Counted from the first letter of the stretch, positions 8,741 through 18,357 are shown. The stretch: DNA of 35,013 bases from a virus (IMGVR_UViG_2579778606_000008), one strand, 5' to 3'. Notes: generated by a model from the sequence alone, not told the origin. Numbers and translations: made by a program.

Positions 8741-9194
8741 GCAGCAAATCCGACAGGTCTGCCGCCAGTGCATGGACCGCTGCCGGGCGGGTGAAACATG
8801 GCCTCCGGACCTGGCTGAGTTTGTGGCGCTGATTTCAGAAAGCGGGGCCAATCCATTTGGCCTGACGGTGGATGCTGTGATGGAGGAGTACCGCCGCTGG
8901 CGTGATGAGTCCTGGCGATATGACGGAAGCGACAAATATCCGTGGCCTCAGCCTGTGCTGTACCACATCTGCCTCGAAATGCGTACCAGAGGGATTGAGC
9001 GCCAGATGACGCAGGGTGAGTTAAAACGACTTGCAGAACGGCAACTGACGAAATGGGCAAAGCATGTTGGTAACGGGATGAGTGTTCCGCCAGTGCGACG
9101 ACAACTGGAAGGGGCGAAACACCCGCAAGGGCCAACGCCAATTGAACGGCTGAAACAGGAATACGAACGCCGGAAGGCAGCTGGTTTTATTTGA
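8529..9194 (+). CDS. Replication protein P-like (helicase loader)
   Basis: 221 aa; PDLAEFVAL..., YPWPQPVLYHICLEMR and TQGELKRLAERQL align with lambda P as I recall it; GGGGG RBS. Confidence 0.75.
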   Translation: MQQHQVAPHHGQFRKFGQHVSSGNVKTDLSATETVWKLWELMGEVYSNRWTQKNGAAPSKLWIAQIGAMTEQQIRQVCRQCMDRCRAGETWPPDLAEFVALISESGANPFGLTVDAVMEEYRRWRDESWRYDGSDKYPWPQPVLYHICLEMRTRGIERQMTQGELKRLAERQLTKWAKHVGNGMSVPPVRRQLEGAKHPQGPTPIERLKQEYERRKAAGFI

Positions 9195-9227
9195 ATCTGA
9201 GAAACGATTTTGTCGGAGGAAATTTTA

Positions 9228-9998
9228 ATGGAAACCGTATTTGACGCACTGAAAGCAATGGGAAAAGCCACATCGGTAGAACTGGCCGCGCGACTTGATA
9301 TCAGTCGTGAAGAGGTTCTCAACGAGCTGTGGGAACTCAAAAGAAATGGCGTCGTTGATAAAACTGGTCACACCTGGTTTCTGGCTGGCGAAGGTGAATC
9401 CCGGGTAACCGAAGAGCGGCCAGTAAAATCTGAAGCACAGGATATGCTGACCGGGGAGGTCGAACAAAAAGTTACCGCAGACATGATGATTGAGTTTATC
9501 GGTCAGGATGGTGCTAAAACGTGTGAGGAACTGGCGGGTAAGTTCGGCGTCAGTACTCGCAAGGTTGCCTCCACGCTGGCGGTGGTAACCGCAACGGGGC
9601 GGCTGGCACGCGTTAATCAGAACGGTAAATTTCGTTACTGCATGCCGGGCGATAATTTACCAGCAGAGCCGAAAGCCGCGCTGGTAACGGAAAGTGATGG
9701 TAAGGCCTTTCCTCAGCCAGCAGGTGCTGCGTTACCAGTCCGGGAAGCCGCAACACAGGAAGAAATTAAAACAGAAACTGTGGCGGACATTGTGCAGCCG
9801 TTGCCATCGTTTACCGAAACGCAAGCAGATGAGCTGATTTTTCCGTCCCTTCGCAGGGCAAACCTGGCGCTGCGCAGGGCGAAAAGTGATGTTCAGAAGT
9901 GGGAGCGAGTCTGCGCCGCGCTGCGGGAGCTGAACAAGCACCGGGATATTGTTCGACAGATTAGTGATTCTTCCCGCCGTGTTGTATCGGAAAAGTGA
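9228..9998 (+). CDS. Hypothetical protein
   Basis: ATG at 9228 with GGAGG RBS; no motif I can assign. Confidence 0.5.
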   Translation: METVFDALKAMGKATSVELAARLDISREEVLNELWELKRNGVVDKTGHTWFLAGEGESRVTEERPVKSEAQDMLTGEVEQKVTADMMIEFIGQDGAKTCEELAGKFGVSTRKVASTLAVVTATGRLARVNQNGKFRYCMPGDNLPAEPKAALVTESDGKAFPQPAGAALPVREAATQEEIKTETVADIVQPLPSFTETQADELIFPSLRRANLALRRAKSDVQKWERVCAALRELNKHRDIVRQISDSSRRVVSEK

Positions 9999-10013
9999 TT
10001 GCCGGAGGCGCTT

Positions 10014-10406
10014 ATGGCAAAAGTATTTACACCAGAAGAGCGGGAAGAAGTGAAGGCGCGCATTGTGGAATTCGTGCGCCTGAGCGGACGAGAAACTTTT
10101 CGACAACTGGCAGATAAAACGGGTGTCAGTAAGACCGCTATTCGTCGTTTATCTGGTGCGCTTGCGGCCAGTGGTGATGTCTGGCTCTCTGGTTGCGGGG
10201 TATTTCCATCAGAGCAGGCGTATCGCGTATGGCGTAAGACACCGGAGAAGGCTGCTGACCCGACACTGATTCGAAAGTTACCTGACGGAGAAATACGTCG
10301 TTACAACAGACGGCAGAACATAATTTGTCGTGAGTGCCGCCAGAGCGAAGTCATGCAGCGTGTGCTGGCGTTCTATCGGGGAAACTTTCAGGAGGTGATG
10401 GAGTGA
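10014..10406 (+). CDS. Hypothetical protein
   Basis: ATG at 10014 with GGAGG RBS; stop overlaps the next start. Confidence 0.45.
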   Translation: MAKVFTPEEREEVKARIVEFVRLSGRETFRQLADKTGVSKTAIRRLSGALAASGDVWLSGCGVFPSEQAYRVWRKTPEKAADPTLIRKLPDGEIRRYNRRQNIICRECRQSEVMQRVLAFYRGNFQEVME

Positions 10407-10699
10407 GGGTGAGAGTTTATATTGCCGGTCCAATGACGGGATATGAAAATTTCAACCGTGAGGCGTTTCACAAGGCGGAAGAGGAACTGAAACGGGAAGG
10501 GCATACCGTCTTAAACCCGGCAGTACTTCCGGACGGGCTGACACAGCCGCACTACATGGATATTTGCATGGCAATGATTCGTTGTGTGGATGCGATTTAC
10601 ATGCTGAATGGCTGGCAGCGGTCAGCGGGCGCTAAGGCAGAGCTGGCACTGGCGGAGAAACTGGGGCATGCGGTGATTTATCAGGAGGTGGCTCAATGA
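10403..10699 (+). CDS. DUF4406-like protein (nucleoside 2-deoxyribosyltransferase-like fold)
   Basis: GTG start overlapping the upstream stop (GTGA) with AGGAGG RBS; VYIAGPMTG...NPAVLP motif. Confidence 0.55.
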   Translation: MRVRVYIAGPMTGYENFNREAFHKAEEELKREGHTVLNPAVLPDGLTQPHYMDICMAMIRCVDAIYMLNGWQRSAGAKAELALAEKLGHAVIYQEVAQ

Positions 10700-11157
10700 G
10701 AGAGGTTAACTATGAGGCGCTTCGTGAGGCAGCACAAAACTATCAGTCGACGCTGGCGTGGTATCAGGCTATCCCGGACAGCCCAAATGCTGAACGGGAT
10801 TGTGATGCGGCTCTTGCTGCGTTTAAGCGTCACATCCGTCATCGGGAAGCGGATATTATCGCTGATTTGCTGGATGGACTGGAAGAAGCAAAATCACAAC
10901 TCAACGAGCAGCGTGAGTATTACGAAGGCGTTATCTCTGATGGGAGTAAGCGTATTGCTGAACTGGAAGCGCGGGAAGTTCAATTACCGACTCGCTACGA
11001 CCTTCGATATGGACACCCGATAAATGCAGATGAGCGACATGTCATGATACCTAAAGAAAATGGCAGTTGGCTTTACCTGATTGACCTAGAACACGCATTA
11101 CGCGTCGCTGGCATTCGCATCAAAGGAGAGGAGCATGGAAATAAAACCAGAGGATGA
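10696..11157 (+). CDS. Hypothetical protein
   Basis: 153-aa ORF translationally coupled to the upstream gene. Confidence 0.45.
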   Translation: MREVNYEALREAAQNYQSTLAWYQAIPDSPNAERDCDAALAAFKRHIRHREADIIADLLDGLEEAKSQLNEQREYYEGVISDGSKRIAELEAREVQLPTRYDLRYGHPINADERHVMIPKENGSWLYLIDLEHALRVAGIRIKGEEHGNKTRG

Positions 11158-11491
11158 GTTAAGCAATATCGTTTTATTTCCGGTAAAAGAGGATGACCCT
11201 CGTAATCAGGTTAATTTTCTTTATGAGTCATCGGAAAGACCATATTGTCATCACGCCTCTGTTCGGGTTGACGAAAAAGAGCGTCAGGTCCGCTGTAAAA
11301 TCTGCGGTGCAGTTGTGGAGCCGTTTGACTGGATGCTCTCTGTGGCGAAAAGAGAAACCAGACTGGCAGATGATGTAAGGCTATTGCGCCAGGAGGAACA
11401 GGAAAGGCGGAAAAATATAGAAAAGTTAATTCAGATTGAGCGTAACGCGAAAGCGCGGATATGCAGGGCGACAAAATCCAGAACTGAATAA
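11135..11491 (+). CDS. Hypothetical protein with CxxC...CxxC-like zinc-ribbon motif
   Basis: ATG at 11135 with AAGGAGAGGAG RBS; CHH...CKICG motif. Confidence 0.45.
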   Translation: MEIKPEDELSNIVLFPVKEDDPRNQVNFLYESSERPYCHHASVRVDEKERQVRCKICGAVVEPFDWMLSVAKRETRLADDVRLLRQEEQERRKNIEKLIQIERNAKARICRATKSRTE

Positions 11492-11586
11492 TTAAATTTA
11501 GCACTGTTAAAAATTTTATCCTTAACCGGAGGGATTTCTGCACCCTCAGAACATCAGGAGGCCGCCCGAAAGGGCGGTAATGAAAA

Positions 11587-11994
11587 ATGACTGAATTAAC
11601 AAAAGAGCAATTAATCGAAGAAGCCAAATTAAAAATAGCGATTGCGAAATGCCACACGAATTCAGGGATGGCACGGGTAGAGGGTGAGTTATTCAAAATT
11701 GCACTGGCATCGCTAGAAGCGGAACCGATAGCGTGGAAATGCGGCGAAAACATAATCCTGTTTAATCCTGACACAGTTGAAGCATACGCAAAACGTGCGG
11801 AGATATCACCTAAACCACTATTCGCAGCTCCACCTGTGCCGGTTGTGTCTGAAGGACTGGTTAAAGCCGTGCGCTTCTATGAAAAGGTTAAGCGTGAAAA
11901 TCCGCCAGTCGAAACCGGAGCATGGAAAGACGCTGTTGACTGGGTGCTCAAAGAGGCCTGCCAGGTTGTAAACACTGGCATCAAAGGAGACTGA
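11587..11994 (+). CDS. Hypothetical protein (shares an AEP.A...AAPPVPVVSE module with the 12358 ORF)
   Basis: 135-aa ORF; the shared ~50-aa module is seen directly in the translations. Confidence 0.45.
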   Translation: MTELTKEQLIEEAKLKIAIAKCHTNSGMARVEGELFKIALASLEAEPIAWKCGENIILFNPDTVEAYAKRAEISPKPLFAAPPVPVVSEGLVKAVRFYEKVKRENPPVETGAWKDAVDWVLKEACQVVNTGIKGD

Positions 11995-11995
11995 T

Positions 11996-12361
11996 ATGGC
12001 ACTGACGAAAAAACAACGTGCAGAATTGCGCATGAAGTTTGGCGGTCGCTGTGCTTATTGCGGCTGTGAACTTGGCGAAAAGTGGCATGCAGACCATGTA
12101 AAACCGGTCATTCGTTTTAATGGAAATATGCTTCACCAGGAACGTGACGATATATCCAACATGGTTCCGGCATGCCACCCATGCAATCTGCACAAGCATT
12201 GCAGTAGCCTGGAAGACTATCGGCGAATTATCAGTGATGGTCGTCGTGAATTCCTTGCGTCCGGGAAAGGCAAAGCGCTGGTTCGTATGGGATTGGTTGA
12301 AATGAAATCTGACCCGGTTGTGTTCTGGTTTGAAAAATATCAAGAAGGGGCTACAGCATGA
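11996..12361 (+). CDS. HNH endonuclease
   Basis: 121 aa; CxxC, HADHVKPV and NMVPACHPCNLHKH motifs typical of HNH nucleases. Confidence 0.75.
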   Translation: MALTKKQRAELRMKFGGRCAYCGCELGEKWHADHVKPVIRFNGNMLHQERDDISNMVPACHPCNLHKHCSSLEDYRRIISDGRREFLASGKGKALVRMGLVEMKSDPVVFWFEKYQEGATA

Positions 12362-13344
12362 CCACTATTACCAATAAGAAACAGTATCCCAGCGAGCAAT
12401 ATCTTAATGAGCTTATCACCAACATAGAGTTTGCTGCAAGGGCACCAGTTGAAGTCGTGAGCGCAATGGCAGCAGAGCTACAGAAGCGGCGCGAAGCTGA
12501 TAGCGCAGAACCAGTTGCTTATATTTTCAAACATCCGGCCGGGAAATTATTCTGGGCTTTAACGGATGAAAGCAATAAAGAGCAAGCGGACGTTATTCCT
12601 GTTTATGCCGCCCCTCCAGTGCCAGTAGTATCTGAAGAAAAACCAATGCCTAACCCTCTTAAAATGTACGCGGTCGATGATGTTGCCGCTATTGCAGAGG
12701 TGAGAGGCTGGAATGCCTACCGCGCCGCCATGCTTCAGAGTCAGGGGGAAGGCAACCCTCATGTAACCCCGGCTCGCCTGCCTGGTGGTTTCACCATTGA
12801 GGATGCGAAGGTGTTACATGAAGACCTTGTACGTAGCCACATAAGCCAGGCTTTAAGTGGCGAAAAGATGAAAAAGAAAGATCGCGATGCTGATTTGCGC
12901 TGGATTCATGGCGTAATAGTTCAGGCCGCGTGGTTTGTAAAGGCATCACTGGAGCAGAATGCACTATCGGGCAACTCTCCGGTAATTCCTGGTGAGGTGT
13001 TGTCCGCAATCCGGGAGGTTGCCAGGATTCGCGCCGATTTCGATGATTTTGACGGTGACAGGCGAGGTATCGGTGATTGTCTGGATGAGGCCGAGCAAGA
13101 GCTTATCGTTACCATTAACAAATATGCCAGTCAGTTGGCAGTAGAGCCGGTAGTACCTGATGACGTTCTGGAACAGACAGTAGCGTCGCCAGCGCTAGGT
13201 AACCAGGTTAGCGAATTAACAATGTGGGTTAAACGACTGGTCAGTCAACTGAAAAAAGCTCAGCCGGACTGCAAATTACCGGAGAAGGCGATGGATTACC
13301 TGAAACGAAATGGACTGATAAGCGTGGAGGATGTTTTACGATGA
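12358..13344 (+). CDS. Hypothetical protein
   Basis: 328-aa ORF overlapping the HNH stop; N-terminal module shared with the 11587 ORF. Confidence 0.5.
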   Translation: MTTITNKKQYPSEQYLNELITNIEFAARAPVEVVSAMAAELQKRREADSAEPVAYIFKHPAGKLFWALTDESNKEQADVIPVYAAPPVPVVSEEKPMPNPLKMYAVDDVAAIAEVRGWNAYRAAMLQSQGEGNPHVTPARLPGGFTIEDAKVLHEDLVRSHISQALSGEKMKKKDRDADLRWIHGVIVQAAWFVKASLEQNALSGNSPVIPGEVLSAIREVARIRADFDDFDGDRRGIGDCLDEAEQELIVTINKYASQLAVEPVVPDDVLEQTVASPALGNQVSELTMWVKRLVSQLKKAQPDCKLPEKAMDYLKRNGLISVEDVLR

Positions 13345-13464
13345 ATATTTAGACTAAAGAGTTTGTAACGCTATGTAAGTGATTTTTTCTGGTTTAGATA
13401 TTTATATGTCCGGCCAAATTGAGGTGTGTTTAAATGTTATTGCACATTGATTGTAGGGGGAATA

Positions 13465-13644
13465 ATGAAAAACGCATTGCAGTTTTTGTTTGTTGCGTTC
13501 TGGTTGTTCGCATCATGTATGCCCATCATCTTCACAGCAAGGTATATGGAAAAAATTGATGTTTTGATATTAATGTTTGGACATATAAATGCCCTTTTTT
13601 TAGGGGTGTTCATGGCGGTCATGTGCATTGAATACTGGCGGTAA
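13465..13644 (+). CDS. Small hydrophobic (two-TM) protein
   Basis: 59 aa from ATG at 13465 with GGGGG RBS; AT-rich locus flanked by imperfect direct repeats. Confidence 0.4.
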   Translation: MKNALQFLFVAFWLFASCMPIIFTARYMEKIDVLILMFGHINALFLGVFMAVMCIEYWR

Positions 13645-13689
13645 ATACAGCGAACGCCATTGGTTTAGTTGGATATTTACTGTGCCGGA

Positions 13690-13902
13690 CAAAAACGGTT
13701 TGCGGGGAAATCTTAGTTAAGTAGAATAACTGCGGGTGCTTGAGGCTATCTGTCTCAGGCATGAACACCAAAAGGCAGATAGAGAAAAGCCCCAGTTAAC
13801 ATTACGCGTCCTGCAAGACGCTTAACATTAATCTGAGGCCATATCTATGCGACACATAGAGATTAGCCTCTTACGGACCGAAAGGTCAAGGAGAAGCAGG
13901 CT
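13690..13902. promoter_or_regulatory. hok leader region (expected site of the mok-like leader ORF and Sok antisense RNA)
   Basis: 20-codon leader ORF (13847..13906) whose stop overlaps the hok ATG; a Sok RNA was not delineated, so boundaries are not resolved. Confidence 0.35.
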
Positions 13903-14058
13903 ATGAAGCAGCAAAAGGCGATGTTAATCGCCCTGATCGTCATCTGTTTAACCGTCATAGTGACGGCACTGGTAACGAGGAAAGACCTCTGCGAGGTACG
14001 AATCCGAACCGGCCAGACGGAGGTCGCTGTCTTCACAGCTTACGAACCTGAGGAGTAA
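13903..14058 (+). CDS. hokD: Hok/Gef-family type I toxin (HokD/RelF-like), 51 aa
   Basis: Translation MKQQKAMLIALIVICLTVIVTALVTRKDLCEVRIRTGQTEVAVFTAYEPEE matches HokD/RelF as I recall it; below the ORF-track length cutoff; GGAG RBS. Confidence 0.9.
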   Translation: MKQQKAMLIALIVICLTVIVTALVTRKDLCEVRIRTGQTEVAVFTAYEPEE

Positions 14059-14126
14059 GAGACCCGGCGGGGGAGAAATCCCTCGCCACCTCTGATGTGG
14101 CAGGCATCCTCAACGCACCCGCACTT

Positions 14127-14157
14127 AACCCGCTTCGGCGGGTTTTTGTTTTTATTT
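14127..14157 (+). terminator. Intrinsic terminator after hok
   Basis: Hairpin AACCCGC-TTCG-GCGGGTT followed by TTTTGTTTTTATTTT. Confidence 0.6.
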
Positions 14158-14166
14158 TCAACGCAT

Positions 14167-14196
14167 TTGAAGTTCTGGACGGTGCCGGAATAGAAT
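14167..14196 (+). promoter_or_regulatory. Candidate sigma70 promoter (TTGAAG, 18-bp spacer, TAGAAT)
   Basis: Hexamers read directly from the sequence, upstream of the 14275 ORF and just after the hok terminator. Confidence 0.35.
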
Positions 14197-14274
14197 CAAA
14201 AATACTTAAGTAGCGCGCAGGGATAAGAGGGATGGTCCCTTAAAGGGGAGAGCTAATTATCCGGAAGGATTCTG

Positions 14275-14526
14275 ATGATGAACATCGAAGAACTGCGTAA
14301 AATTTTTTGTGAAGATGGCCTCTATGCTGTGTGCGTTGAAAATGGAAATATTGTTAGCCATTACCGCATTGTGTGTTTGCAAAAAAATGGGGCTGCGTTA
14401 ATTAATTTTGTGGATGCCCGAGTGACGGACGGATTTATCTTGCACGACGGTGAGTTTGTCACTTCATTACAGGCATTGAAAGAGATCGGAATAAAAGCTG
14501 GCTTTTCTGCTTTTTCAGAAGAATAA
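14275..14526 (+). CDS. Hypothetical small protein (in the position of Qin rem)
   Basis: 83-aa ORF between hok and the ydfU-like gene. Confidence 0.5.
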   Translation: MMNIEELRKIFCEDGLYAVCVENGNIVSHYRIVCLQKNGAALINFVDARVTDGFILHDGEFVTSLQALKEIGIKAGFSAFSEE

Positions 14527-14592
14527 ACTCATCTACAATCTTGCGCGGGGCTGAACTCCCGCTGAGTAACACCGTGCCACCGGAGAAAACCG

Positions 14593-14871
14593 ATGGCACG
14601 CAACGCAAAATATTACAATCATGATAATTCGACCGTTCTTGCCCACACGCACGAGCGGTATTCTCATGCATTTAAGTCAGACTGGTACCAGCATCCCCCA
14701 TGCACTGAAGAACAGGCCGAGTGGCTAATTCAGTGCTACCGCAGACACGGATACGAGATTAAGAAAGCCCTCAGCCTCGATTATCGTCACTGGATAATCT
14801 CCGTCAGGCTCCCTTACTCCGAACGGCCACCGCGTCCGTCCCGCACATTCCAGCAACGCATCTGGAGGTAA
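14593..14871 (+). CDS. Hypothetical protein
   Basis: 92-aa ORF; its stop abuts the GTG start of the next gene. Confidence 0.45.
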   Translation: MARNAKYYNHDNSTVLAHTHERYSHAFKSDWYQHPPCTEEQAEWLIQCYRRHGYEIKKALSLDYRHWIISVRLPYSERPPRPSRTFQQRIWR

Positions 14872-14872
14872 C

Positions 14873-15931
14873 GTGCGGGTATTACTTCGACCTGTTCTGG
14901 TACCGGAACTTGGGCTGGTGGTGCTAAAACCGGGCCGTGAATCCATGCCGGTATTCCACAATACCCGGGTACTGGTGGAGCCGGAACCGAAAAGCATGCG
15001 TAATCTGTCGTCCGGGGTCGTTCCTGCCGTTCGCCAGCCGCTGGCGGAGGATAAATCATTACTGCCATTTTTCAGCGACGAACGAGTGATTCGTGCTGCT
15101 GGTGGCGCTGGCGCATTGTCTGACTGGTTACTGCGCCATGTTAAATCCTGCCAGTGGCCACACGGCGATTATCACCACAGTGAAACCGTCATTCACCGTT
15201 ATGGTACCGGCGCAATGGTGTTGTGCTGGCACTGCGACAACCAGCTGCGCGACCAGACCTCCGAATCACTCGGGCAACTTGCTCACCAAAACCTGTCTGC
15301 ATGGATGATTGACGTCATACGCCATGCAATGAATGGCTCGCAGGAACGGGAATTATCGCTGGCTGAATTATCCTGGTGGGCGGTCCGCAATCAGGTGGCG
15401 GACGCGCTACCGGAAGCGGTATTACGTCGTTCGCTGGGGTTGCGTGCGGAAAAAATCCGCTCAATGTACCGTGAAAGCGACATCGTACCGGGAGAGCAGA
15501 CCGCCACCAGCATACTGAAACAGCGCACAAAAAATCTTGCGCCGCTGCCTCACGCCCACCAGCAACAGAACCCACCACAGGAAAAGACGGTGGTCAGCAT
15601 TGCCGTTGATCCGGAATCTCCGGCTCAGTATCTCCAGCGCCAGAAACCACAACGGGAAGAGATGCCTGTATACACGCGCTGGGTAAAAACGCAGAAATGC
15701 ATGACGTGTGGCAATCAGGCAGATGATCCGCATCACATCATTGGTCATGGACTGGGAGGGATGGGAACAAAGGCTGACGATTTGTTTGTTATTCCGCTGT
15801 GTCGTAAATGCCATAACGAACTACACGCCGGGGTAAAAGATTTTGAAGAAAAACACGGTAGTCAGTTGTTGTTGCTGATTCGTTTTTTAATGCACGCGAG
15901 AAATTCGGGTGTTCTGAAGTGGAAAGCATAA
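14873..15931 (+). CDS. YdfU-like (DUF968) protein with Cys/His-rich HNH-like C-terminus
   Basis: 352 aa; GTG start with GGAGG RBS; CQWPHGDYHH and C.TCG...HHIIGHG...CRKCHNELH motifs; gene order matches Qin ydfU. Confidence 0.6.
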   Translation: MRVLLRPVLVPELGLVVLKPGRESMPVFHNTRVLVEPEPKSMRNLSSGVVPAVRQPLAEDKSLLPFFSDERVIRAAGGAGALSDWLLRHVKSCQWPHGDYHHSETVIHRYGTGAMVLCWHCDNQLRDQTSESLGQLAHQNLSAWMIDVIRHAMNGSQERELSLAELSWWAVRNQVADALPEAVLRRSLGLRAEKIRSMYRESDIVPGEQTATSILKQRTKNLAPLPHAHQQQNPPQEKTVVSIAVDPESPAQYLQRQKPQREEMPVYTRWVKTQKCMTCGNQADDPHHIIGHGLGGMGTKADDLFVIPLCRKCHNELHAGVKDFEEKHGSQLLLLIRFLMHARNSGVLKWKA

Positions 15932-15934
15932 ATG

Positions 15935-18300
15935 ACCGAACGCAGAAAACTTACCAAAACATAACCCCCCAAAATCAACAAAAACGAGCGACGACGCGCC
16001 AGCAAAAAGCACCGATCAAAAAACAAGGACCGATATAACCGCACAGCAGCGCATAGTGCACGCCAAAACACAACGAAATTAAGCCTGTCCGGACGGCTGG
16101 CAATAAAAATTATTGCAGAGCCACCGGATAAAAGGCCTCCTAAACTACACAATAGCACGAAAGAACCACACAATGAACAAACGCACGCAAGAAAGCCAAT
16201 GGACGATGAGCAGTTTGATGAAATCAATATTGTACGTGGCCAGCCACAAGCCGGCGGAAAGCAAGACACAAGAAGAACAGAGGTCAGGGACCAGAAATAA
16301 CAAGGAATTACACGAAGTGCGGAAACAACACAGAAGCGCCAAAGCAGAAATCAAGGAAGAAACAAAAAACCAACTAGAACACCAGCACCAAAATAACCGC
16401 GAAGACACAACACCGTACAGACGCAAAAAAAGTAAAGACAGCGATCAGGAAAAAAAAAAAATGATCACGCGGGATAATCCCCCGATCCAGGGTAAACAAT
16501 CACTGGCGAAAGGCTCATCAATTGCGCTACCCACCACGCTGGAACGACCAAAAGCACAGAAGCGGCGACCAGACCTGGAACTGGAAGAACATCAGAAGGC
16601 GTAGGCGGACGGCAGTGATAAACGAAAAACAAACTGCGAGCAGCAAAAAGCAAAAACGCAAGCGCAATGGAGTGAATTTAAAACTCAGTCCGGCTCCAGA
16701 AAAATTGCAGTGAAAACGCTGGAGCGTGTGAAGAAATAGAGATAAAAGGCGGCACAGGATGTCAGAGGAAGACCCAACGGGAAGAAAAACTACAAAACAC
16801 ACGAACGAGCCAGACTGTGTGGAGTTAAGCCTGATAACTGGAGCCATAATTATGCGAACTACTGGCGTGAGATGTGCGATATTTTTAAGCGCCTCGATAG
16901 AGAATCCTTGATGTGCAAAATGAAAATAAGAGCGCAACAAAAACCAAACACAACACGACGAGATATTGCAAAAGTCAATTAAATCGCACAGCCAAAGTAC
17001 AAAACAAACATTTAAACCAAATCAAACAGGAAGCAAAACAAACAAAAAAACACAGAAAAACGCTCCATGTGAGATCCGAAAAGCCCGGAAATAAAAGAAA
17101 CAAGATAGCGCATGAAAAGAAAACACTGGCAGCTGAACGGCCACGCAGACAAGAGATACGGCAAAATCACACGAACAAGAAAAGGGAAAAAGACATGCTA
17201 AAACAGAAGGATATGACAGAAGCCGCCAGAGGGACATCGAAACAACCAACCGATACCGACACAACAACAGTCACGCAGATGGCACAGAATACTTACACAA
17301 CACCCGAAAGCTGACAGGAAAAAAAAACCCAGCAAGACAGAGAACGTCGCGCACAATACAAACGTGCCTGAAAAAAACAACAGCAGTCCGAAAGGCTTGA
17401 AGATGGCTGGAAAACGAAAAGAAACAGGGCGTCATAGGTGCAACTTTCCCGTTGCTGAAAAAGAAAACGCCAGAACAGAAGACAGACAAAAGAGAGCACG
17501 AAAAAAGTTCAAATACCACACAATACACACGGATGACTGCTGTCAGGCTCGCCAAGAAAGTACGAAAAGAAACTGGCATGGTGAATCCCCCTGTGCGGAG
17601 GGGCAATCAGCGAGTAGGTATATGGGAAAATAAAAGAACCAGGTGAGGAAAATGAATTAACCGGGAGGCACCCGGCACCATGCAATGGCACATAGCGCCA
17701 AGCAAAAACCCCTCTCCGCAGGGGCCGGCGATACAGAATGAGAAAGATCGAACCAAACTCCAAAGGCAAAAGGTTACCTTAGCCAAAAAGAACAGAGCTA
17801 AAGAGCCCAAAGCAGAAAAAAGCATCAATACAAAACAAAATCCATAGCTCGACGGCATACCAGAACGAAGAAGACTAAAGCCCAAAAAGAGATACGGAAA
17901 GAGAAGACAATATAAAAGCTCACAAATAAAAAGTAAGGAGGGACAATAAAACAAACAAGAGCCAGCATAAATAGAAAAACAGGAAGCAAGAAAACAACCC
18001 AAACAAACCAGATGAAGAACAGGATTGCACCACATATGACTGAAAAAGATATTCCGCATGATGGCTGGATAAAACAAACAACCAAAATCCACGACACCCA
18101 CAAAAAGCACCAAAACCTCAAACCCGATCAGCCGAAAAGTATAAAGGACACAGAAAACCCCAAACCAGACAGCAGAATCAGGAAACCGATCAGCTTTAAG
18201 CCAGATATAAAAACACCGTGGGATATATCAAAACACCTAGCGGACCCACAAATACAAGCGTCAAAAAAAAAATCAAAAGGAAGGCACAATGGGGAACGAA
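15935..18300. other. About 2.4 kb compositionally extreme block: plus strand A/C-rich and strongly T-depleted, with no convincing gene
   Basis: By eye only a few T per 60 nt across most lines; the resulting overlapping ORFs in many frames encode K/Q/E/N/T-rich (plus) or F/L/C/S-rich (minus) low-complexity peptides; two short islands of normal composition (about 16810-16920 and 17580-17730). Confidence 0.8.
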
Positions 18301-18357
18301 AACAGCATTACATGTCAGGTATTTTAAAGAATCATTTTTCAGATGGTGGAAAGAACC

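Noticed and set aside
8650-9141. 163-aa minus-strand ORF antisense to the P-like gene
   Set aside because: The plus strand encodes a clear lambda P homologue; the antisense translation is low complexity
15935-18300. Multiple ORFs of 60-168 aa on both strands inside the biased block (for example 16113..16604, 16913..17314, 17607..18113 minus, 18012..18368)
   Set aside because: Their length follows from the near absence of stop codons in T-depleted sequence; they switch frames, overlap on both strands and encode low-complexity peptides, so they are not called as genes
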